DNA of 64,000 bases from Paracoccaceae bacterium (lineage in GTDB: Bacteria > Pseudomonadota > Alphaproteobacteria > Rhodobacterales > Rhodobacteraceae): the NCBI GenBank assembly GCA_028150825.1, contig JAOGIM010000004.1:16555-80554 (forward strand), read 5' to 3'. Numbering within the stretch: the first letter of the stretch is position 1; each line of letters starts with the position of its first letter. Of the stretch, positions 58,898 to 64,000 are shown piece after piece. Under the pieces are notes generated by a model. It was not told the origin of the DNA, did no database searches, and saw only the letters and a program-made list of their open reading frames with translations. The position numbers and the translations under genes were made by a program.

Positions 58898-59060
58898 GAG
58901 CTTCTTTTTCCTTTGGCCGCAAATTCGTTGTACAAGTCCGGACACTTTCTTCAGCAACTTAAAGGTGCGGAATTCAAGAATCGTATCCCAAGCTTAATTC
59001 AACTCTTATAATTTAGTAAATCGAAATATATTGACAAACAGATTTTATATTTCTTAATGT

Positions 59061-59954
59061 ATGAAGATGAATTTACCTTTGCTATCCAACTCGATGAGAT
59101 TTGATATTGACGTGTTGAAAACATTTATCGCTGTTGCCGACACCGGTTCAGTAAAATTGGCGTCAGAGCGTGTTGCGCGTTCATCTGCGGCCGTATCTAT
59201 GCAGATGAAGAAACTTGAACAGCTCCTTGGCGCCCCAGTCTTTCAACGCTCTGCAGGTGCTATGCGCATATCGGATGCAGGCGAACGTTTGATGCCTCAT
59301 GCGCACCTAATAATCCAAGCGCACGATACCGCCATTGTAGAGCTGCAAAGCCTAAATATTGAGGGTCTAGTGCGGGTGGGTTTATGTCTGGAAAATGCCG
59401 AAACATGCATGCCTGAGATATTGTCCGGCTTTGCCAAGGTTCACAAACGTGTGACTGTTGAAGTAGTGTCAGGCGACGCTCAGGATTTGGCTGTGATGCT
59501 GGCGAACGATGAATTGGATCTAGCAATTCTAACAATTGGCGGCGGTGCGCCCCCTGAAGAGAGAGATAGACTTCTCCACGAGCAACCTCTGGTTTGGGCC
59601 ACGCATAAAAACGGACAACGCACTAAGGAGCGTCCATTGCGCTTAGCAGTTGCTCCTGTTGGTTGCCCATGGCGTCTTGCAGCGCTTGATGCTTTAAAAC
59701 GCTCAGGGATTCCCTACCAAATCGCCTATCTTTCGAATGTCTCAGAATCACAGCTTGCCGCTGTTCGAGCAGATCTGGCAGTCGCAGCTTTACCACTCAG
59801 TCGCATTACCAGTGCTACCCAGCCCATATGCATAAATAAGGATCTACCCAAACTTCCTTACACACAGATAGTGCTTAGAACCTCGGTAAATCCAAGCAAA
59901 AAAGCCAAAACGCTTGCAGCACAAGTGTTATCGGCTTTTAATCGACCTTCTTAA
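59061..59954 (+). CDS. LysR-family transcriptional regulator
   Basis: 297 aa. HTH segment LKTFIAVADTGSVKLASERVARSSAAVSMQMKKLE. Divergent from the gcvH-like/sel operon. Confidence 0.85.
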   Translation: MKMNLPLLSNSMRFDIDVLKTFIAVADTGSVKLASERVARSSAAVSMQMKKLEQLLGAPVFQRSAGAMRISDAGERLMPHAHLIIQAHDTAIVELQSLNIEGLVRVGLCLENAETCMPEILSGFAKVHKRVTVEVVSGDAQDLAVMLANDELDLAILTIGGGAPPEERDRLLHEQPLVWATHKNGQRTKERPLRLAVAPVGCPWRLAALDALKRSGIPYQIAYLSNVSESQLAAVRADLAVAALPLSRITSATQPICINKDLPKLPYTQIVLRTSVNPSKKAKTLAAQVLSAFNRPS

Positions 59955-60156
59955 AGTAATGAAGATGGTTAAGCTCAAAGTCAAAACTTGAAGCTGATTG
60001 ACGCAATTTTGCAAGTCAGGCGCAGAGAAAAGCATTGATATTACATTCTAGGTATCAAAAAGACTTTACATGGCCATATTCCACCAACCGCGTTAAAGAA
60101 TCACAGAAAGTATTAGCACGGTCGATTTCAAATTTAACGATCTGACACAACTGTTT

Positions 60157-60438
60157 ATGAAAGCAAAGTTAAGAGATTTCAAATACCCTAGGTTCATTCA
60201 GAAAATAGCATATAGACGCAAGAGGCTGTACACTCGTGGTCAAATAGGAGATGGCGTTTTTGGGATCGAGGATTTGAGATTGCATAATCTTCAACATGAA
60301 GCCTTGTCAAGGATATTTGAGGCGGGTCTCAGCGTTCCAGAGGTGGCTTTAATAAGCCGACATAGGGACTATCGTGTGCTCGCCAGATATACGTATCTCA
60401 AAGAAGATACTCTGGCAATGCATTCGAGTTTCGATTAA
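60157..60438 (+). pseudogene. C-terminal remnant of a tyrosine recombinase (phage integrase family)
   Basis: Only 93 codons. LRLHNLQHEALSRIFEAGLSVPEVALISRHRDYRVLARYTYLK matches the HxLRH...GH...RY catalytic box, but the box Arg is replaced (HNLQH) and the whole N-terminal part is missing. Confidence 0.65.
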
Positions 60439-60512
60439 AATTGAAAAGACGAGACAACAGCCTTTTTTTTGAATTACAACGCTGAACTCACTTCAACCTA
60501 AAAACTTTATTT

Positions 60513-61301
60513 TTAGCGTTGTATTAATAACACCTTCAAACAGGGCAGACCAAGTTTCCCCTGAATATATTGGCTTGGCATCTGTAAGTGTCCAGTTGTG
60601 ACTATATCTCCATCGCTCAAACGACTTTCGTTTAACTCTTTCTTTATCCCGCGCAGTAAATACTGTATCGCTGAAATAGGCCCGTTGAGTACCTTGTCAC
60701 CAATACCTTTTTCAATGATCTCACTATTTTTTGATAGGCATACTCTCTGATTTATAAGTAACTCATTGAGGTTTTTAGTTGGTTTAACTTTCTGTCCAAT
60801 GATTAATTTTCCATGCAAGCCCCCTGCCGCAATCGTGTCAGGAACAGAAAACTTCCAGTTTGGGTAAATTGAATCAACAATTTCAAAGCCGGAAGCAACC
60901 CAATCTAAACATTTGACGACCTGCTCAATGCTTGGATCATTTTGTGGGCATTCTTTTAGCCCAATCACAATTTCTGGTTCTATGCGCGGTTCACAAAATT
61001 CACCTAAGTTAACTACCGCATTATTGTTTTCAGCGTAAACTACAGATGAATTGCTGAAAGCACCCCACATTGGTTCGCTCACTGAATAAATCGGCCAAAT
61101 GAATTGATTAGTGAAACCTATTTTACGCCCAACGTTTTCCCAACCACGCAATCGAAACAATTCCCGTGCTACTTGGTAAGCATCGGAATTTGATAGATTA
61201 ATACCCCTCTCTGAAAAGGGCTGGATTTGATTTGCCGATTTAATAGCCCCAAAAACTTCCAAAGCTACATCATCAACATTCATGGAATTTCTCACCAGCA
61301 T
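60513..61301 (-). CDS. 2-keto-4-pentenoate hydratase/decarboxylase-family (MhpD/HpcG-like) protein
   Basis: 262 aa. AYQV...VGRKIGFTN...PRIEPEIV...EIVDS...DTIA...GDIVTTG is colinear with the MhpD-type fumarylacetoacetase-fold hydratases. Confidence 0.65.
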   Translation of the reverse strand: MLVRNSMNVDDVALEVFGAIKSANQIQPFSERGINLSNSDAYQVARELFRLRGWENVGRKIGFTNQFIWPIYSVSEPMWGAFSNSSVVYAENNNAVVNLGEFCEPRIEPEIVIGLKECPQNDPSIEQVVKCLDWVASGFEIVDSIYPNWKFSVPDTIAAGGLHGKLIIGQKVKPTKNLNELLINQRVCLSKNSEIIEKGIGDKVLNGPISAIQYLLRGIKKELNESRLSDGDIVTTGHLQMPSQYIQGKLGLPCLKVLLIQR

Positions 61302-61384
61302 CGTATATTTTTAGTAGATTAAGGCGAAAAAGTACTGATAAACAGGTCGCTTTGATTATCAGTAACGTTGGACTTTTCATCAGT

Positions 61385-61927
61385 TTAAGAAGGTGGCTTA
61401 TTAGCAGGGATGCATCTGTAATTAGACAAACTATTTTTTGACATAAATAATATTCTGACATTTTCACATGCCTCCCAATCGTTTTGAAAACCCATAATAA
61501 CGATAACATTTTCCCAGCCAGTGGCTAATTTTTTTTGAAGAAAATAATCTTCTGCGTTACCAACCCTATTTTCAAAGATAAACTTCTCCCACCGATTTTT
61601 AGTATAGCTATATGGATCATTAATATTATTTTCCAGAATCTTAGAAAATTGGAAGCCTTTCTCAATGGAATATACAACTTTTTTTCCATGTTGATTTGAC
61701 AAACACTCAATTGCGCTTTCAATAATTTGAGTGTCTTCAAGTCCAGACCAGTCCATTATTCTTTGTGCAACATGCTGAGCGGTCATTGTATCTTTCGTCA
61801 GCATCGCTGTCTCACAAATGTTTGTAAGCGCCCTTTGTTCAGCCATATTAGGTGTTTTCGATAGTGCAGCTGTTATTGAGAGACATGTAATAAGTCCGAA
61901 GATAATAGAAAGATAGGGATGTTTCAC
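61385..61927 (-). CDS. Secreted hypothetical protein
   Basis: 180 aa with signal peptide MKHPYLSIIFGLITCLSITAALS. AT-rich, no recognised family. Confidence 0.5.
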   Translation of the reverse strand: MKHPYLSIIFGLITCLSITAALSKTPNMAEQRALTNICETAMLTKDTMTAQHVAQRIMDWSGLEDTQIIESAIECLSNQHGKKVVYSIEKGFQFSKILENNINDPYSYTKNRWEKFIFENRVGNAEDYFLQKKLATGWENVIVIMGFQNDWEACENVRILFMSKNSLSNYRCIPANKPPS

Positions 61928-62118
61928 TTCAACGTCTCATTTAGTATCTTCATATTGTTATCTGAACTTATGCATACCGCCACTGCTTGAGCAGGAGGCT
62001 CCCAATATTCCCCCTTACTATCCATATCTTCCAAACGGTGCATATCTTTCAATGCTCCAACGAGTTTCTGTGTAATACTAAAGTTTAATCCGTCCAAAGC
62101 CTGCTCCTCACAATACAA
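61924..62118 (-). CDS. Small hypothetical protein
   Basis: 64 aa. 4-nt overlap with the downstream secreted protein suggests co-translation. No family recognised. Confidence 0.3.
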   Translation of the reverse strand: MYCEEQALDGLNFSITQKLVGALKDMHRLEDMDSKGEYWEPPAQAVAVCISSDNNMKILNETLK

Positions 62119-62148
62119 GAATACCTAATACTTTTCATGTGAACAGGC

Positions 62149-62570
62149 CTAATCAATTAAAGCTGCCAACTTTAGTTCAACAGAACTTTTTATATCCTTC
62201 GCAGACCTCGCCACTTCAGGCACTTCCTTTGGTTTGAAAAGCCCTACTTTTTTGCCAAGTAATTTTAACGCGCTTAGATGTGCCACAGCGTAAGTTTGCT
62301 ACCGAATGCGATGTCCTCAAGTTCATTTAATATTCTATCCTCTCATAAGAGCGCATGCACGCGCCGCCTTACCTCTTTTTTGACCTCCAGTTCAAACTAT
62401 CCTTGCGTCAACCTTGGGATGCGGTTTGAGCGCCGCCAGGAGGGTTCCTCCCACACAGTCTTTGGTGCCATCTGTGAAGTCGTCATAAGCCTTTCTATAG
62501 GCATTCGACTGAAAGCCACCTTCACTGACCTCCTCGACAAACTTTGTATGTTTAGCAGTAAGTATAAGAC
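62149..62570 (-). pseudogene. Degraded phage terminase small-subunit gene
   Basis: Minus-strand frames read LTAKHTKFVEEVSEGGFQSNAYRKAYDDFTDGTKDCVGGTLLAALKPHPKVDARIV*, then ...ELEDIAFGSKLTLWHI* and ...LAKKVGLFKPKEV.... These are colinear with the TerS (LTxKQxxFVxEY...AGYS...) pattern but are broken by stops and frameshifts, and there is no start codon. Confidence 0.6.
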
Positions 62571-62672
62571 CTAAGTATCCGATAGTTTGAGTGCTGGCTG
62601 ATGATGGCAGAGGCCATTGGCATGTTTTTAATCTTACAACACATTAGCAAAATAGCTAAATTATATTTTATA

Positions 62673-64000
62673 TTAGCTTACCAGTTGTAGATTAGGTTGA
62701 AGCTTTGCAATGTGGTCAAGATAGACTTCTCTTAATGTGCTTTGAACAACAACGTCATATTTGCCCATTTCTTCGATAGCTGCCTCAAGTCCCTGAAAAT
62801 TCGATTTTTTTAGGTCGTTGACTAGCCATGTGTATGGTTCCAGTGATCCATGTTTTGCCACCGATAATGCAGCGGAAAAAAGAAGTGTATTTTCTGCACA
62901 AGCCTCGATTTCTTCAGCTATTTCCAACCCCAGCTCTACACGATCATCCATAAGGCATCCAAAAACAGCGTCGCTCTTGCGCTTATCACTATTTATTTGA
63001 CCTTGCGCCACGGGATCATATTCAAGCGCAAGCAATGTTAAATCACAACCCTGCCTTGTCTTACCCGTTTTCAAGAGAATTTCGCCATATTGTTGCAAAA
63101 TCCTTGGATCGTTAGGCACCATATCATATGCTTTTTTCCCATGCTCTAAAGCTACTTTCAATTTTCCCGTCATTGTGCTTATGCCGCACAAGAGCCTGTG
63201 TAGCTCGAAGTCATTTGGATCAGCTTTCAAAGCGTGATCCATCAACTTATTAAATTCTGGCATAACCTCTTCAAGCGGTTTTTGGATCCATCCACGTCCA
63301 AATGCCTGCCCCATAGTACAAGCCTTCCATGCATAGGCTTGAGCATTATTCGGATCGGAGTCTATAGCTTTATCAAACATTTCAAGCGCATTTGCATTGG
63401 CTTCTTTGTCTATTGCGTGGTGGCCCTCTTTGCCCCTAAGTAGGAATTCGTAAGAACTCATATTTTGGGTAGGCTTACGTTTTGCACGGTTCAGGCTAGC
63501 CAATTCGATTTCGCCCAATATCGCTTGGGTCACACTGCGCACGATTTCATCCTGAACCTCAAATATATCATCTAAATTTCGGTCAAACCTTTTGCTCCAA
63601 ACAATCTCTTTAGTTTCAGCCTCCAATAATGAAACTGTTACGCGAACCTTTGACCCTGAAGACCTAATCGAACCCTGAATAAGATAATTCACCTTAAATT
63701 GAGAGATGAAGTCATCAAGCTCATTATCGCTATCAGCAAAGTTCACGCTAGATTGACGTGAAACAATTGAAAGTTGTCTCACCATAGAAAGCTCAGTAAC
63801 GATATCTTCATACACTCCATCGATCAAGAAAGAACTGTCTTCGTTTTCATTCAGGTTCTTGAATGGCAGGATGGATAGAGTTGGCTTTTGCGTTCGGTCC
63901 GTATCTTCTTGTTCTTCTGCGTTCGCAGCTGTTTCAATATTGTTTGTTTTATCAGTGGAGATTGTGAAAACTTCAAATTCATTTGATATATTTTTCAGTT
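62673..64000 (-). CDS. TolB-N-like + TPR-repeat signalling/regulatory protein (5' end outside the window)
   Basis: The frame stays open to position 63998. It reads ...LSILPFKNLNENEDSSFLIDGVYEDIVTELS...YLIQGSIRSSGSKVRVTVSLLEAETKEIVWSKRFD, the pattern seen in cyclase/CadC-type proteins, followed by TPR-like helices. Confidence 0.75.
   Translation of the reverse strand, partial: LKNISNEFEVFTISTDKTNNIETAANAEEQEDTDRTQKPTLSILPFKNLNENEDSSFLIDGVYEDIVTELSMVRQLSIVSRQSSVNFADSDNELDDFISQFKVNYLIQGSIRSSGSKVRVTVSLLEAETKEIVWSKRFDRNLDDIFEVQDEIVRSVTQAILGEIELASLNRAKRKPTQNMSSYEFLLRGKEGHHAIDKEANANALEMFDKAIDSDPNNAQAYAWKACTMGQAFGRGWIQKPLEEVMPEFNKLMDHALKADPNDFELHRLLCGISTMTGKLKVALEHGKKAYDMVPNDPRILQQYGEILLKTGKTRQGCDLTLLALEYDPVAQGQINSDKRKSDAVFGCLMDDRVELGLEIAEEIEACAENTLLFSAALSVAKHGSLEPYTWLVNDLKKSNFQGLEAAIEEMGKYDVVVQSTLREVYLDHIAKLQPNLQLVS

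Noticed and set aside
62278-62574. 98-aa plus-strand ORF
   Set aside because: It lies antisense to the terminase-small-subunit remnant and has no RBS or family signal.

Overview
The window is chromosomal DNA that looks like a marine-type alphaproteobacterium. That assignment is an inference from gene content, the zur-znuCB/znuA layout and the abundance of Liv-type and DMT transporters. Coding density is high. Main blocks: (1) 1.9-19 kb, a tightly packed catabolic island of unknown substrate. It holds hydantoinase/oxoprolinase HyuAB, a LeuCD-like aconitase-family dehydratase, a PrpB-like lyase, PrpD/MmgE, an isochorismatase-like protein, a racemase-like protein, a tautomerase, an SDR, an FAD enzyme and a Liv-type ABC importer. 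(2) 19.2-22.4 kb, zur-znuCB/znuA with unusually His/Asp-rich ZnuA and ZnuC. (3) 22.5-39 kb, an accessory-looking stretch with small ORFs, a YbaK/ProX-like gene, a Tat multicopper oxidase, four EamA/DMT paralogs, LysR, pirin and YqjG, plus several decayed genes. (4) 39.4-48.5 kb, a sugar ABC transporter divergent from mtnK-mtnA-aldolase/SDR-sorC, which resembles a DHAP shunt for SAM by-product salvage; a perfect 17-bp inverted repeat sits in the shared promoter. (5) 52.5-58.5 kb, a complete selenocysteine island with selD, tRNA-Sec, selB and selA. Next to it is a GrdB-like gene that the ORF track splits at an in-frame TGA followed by a hairpin; I consider this the most interesting signal in the window. 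(6) 58.5-64 kb, a gcvH-like pseudogene, a LysR regulator, integrase and terminase-small-subunit remnants, and orphan genes. All family assignments rest on motif recognition by eye and no searches were run.
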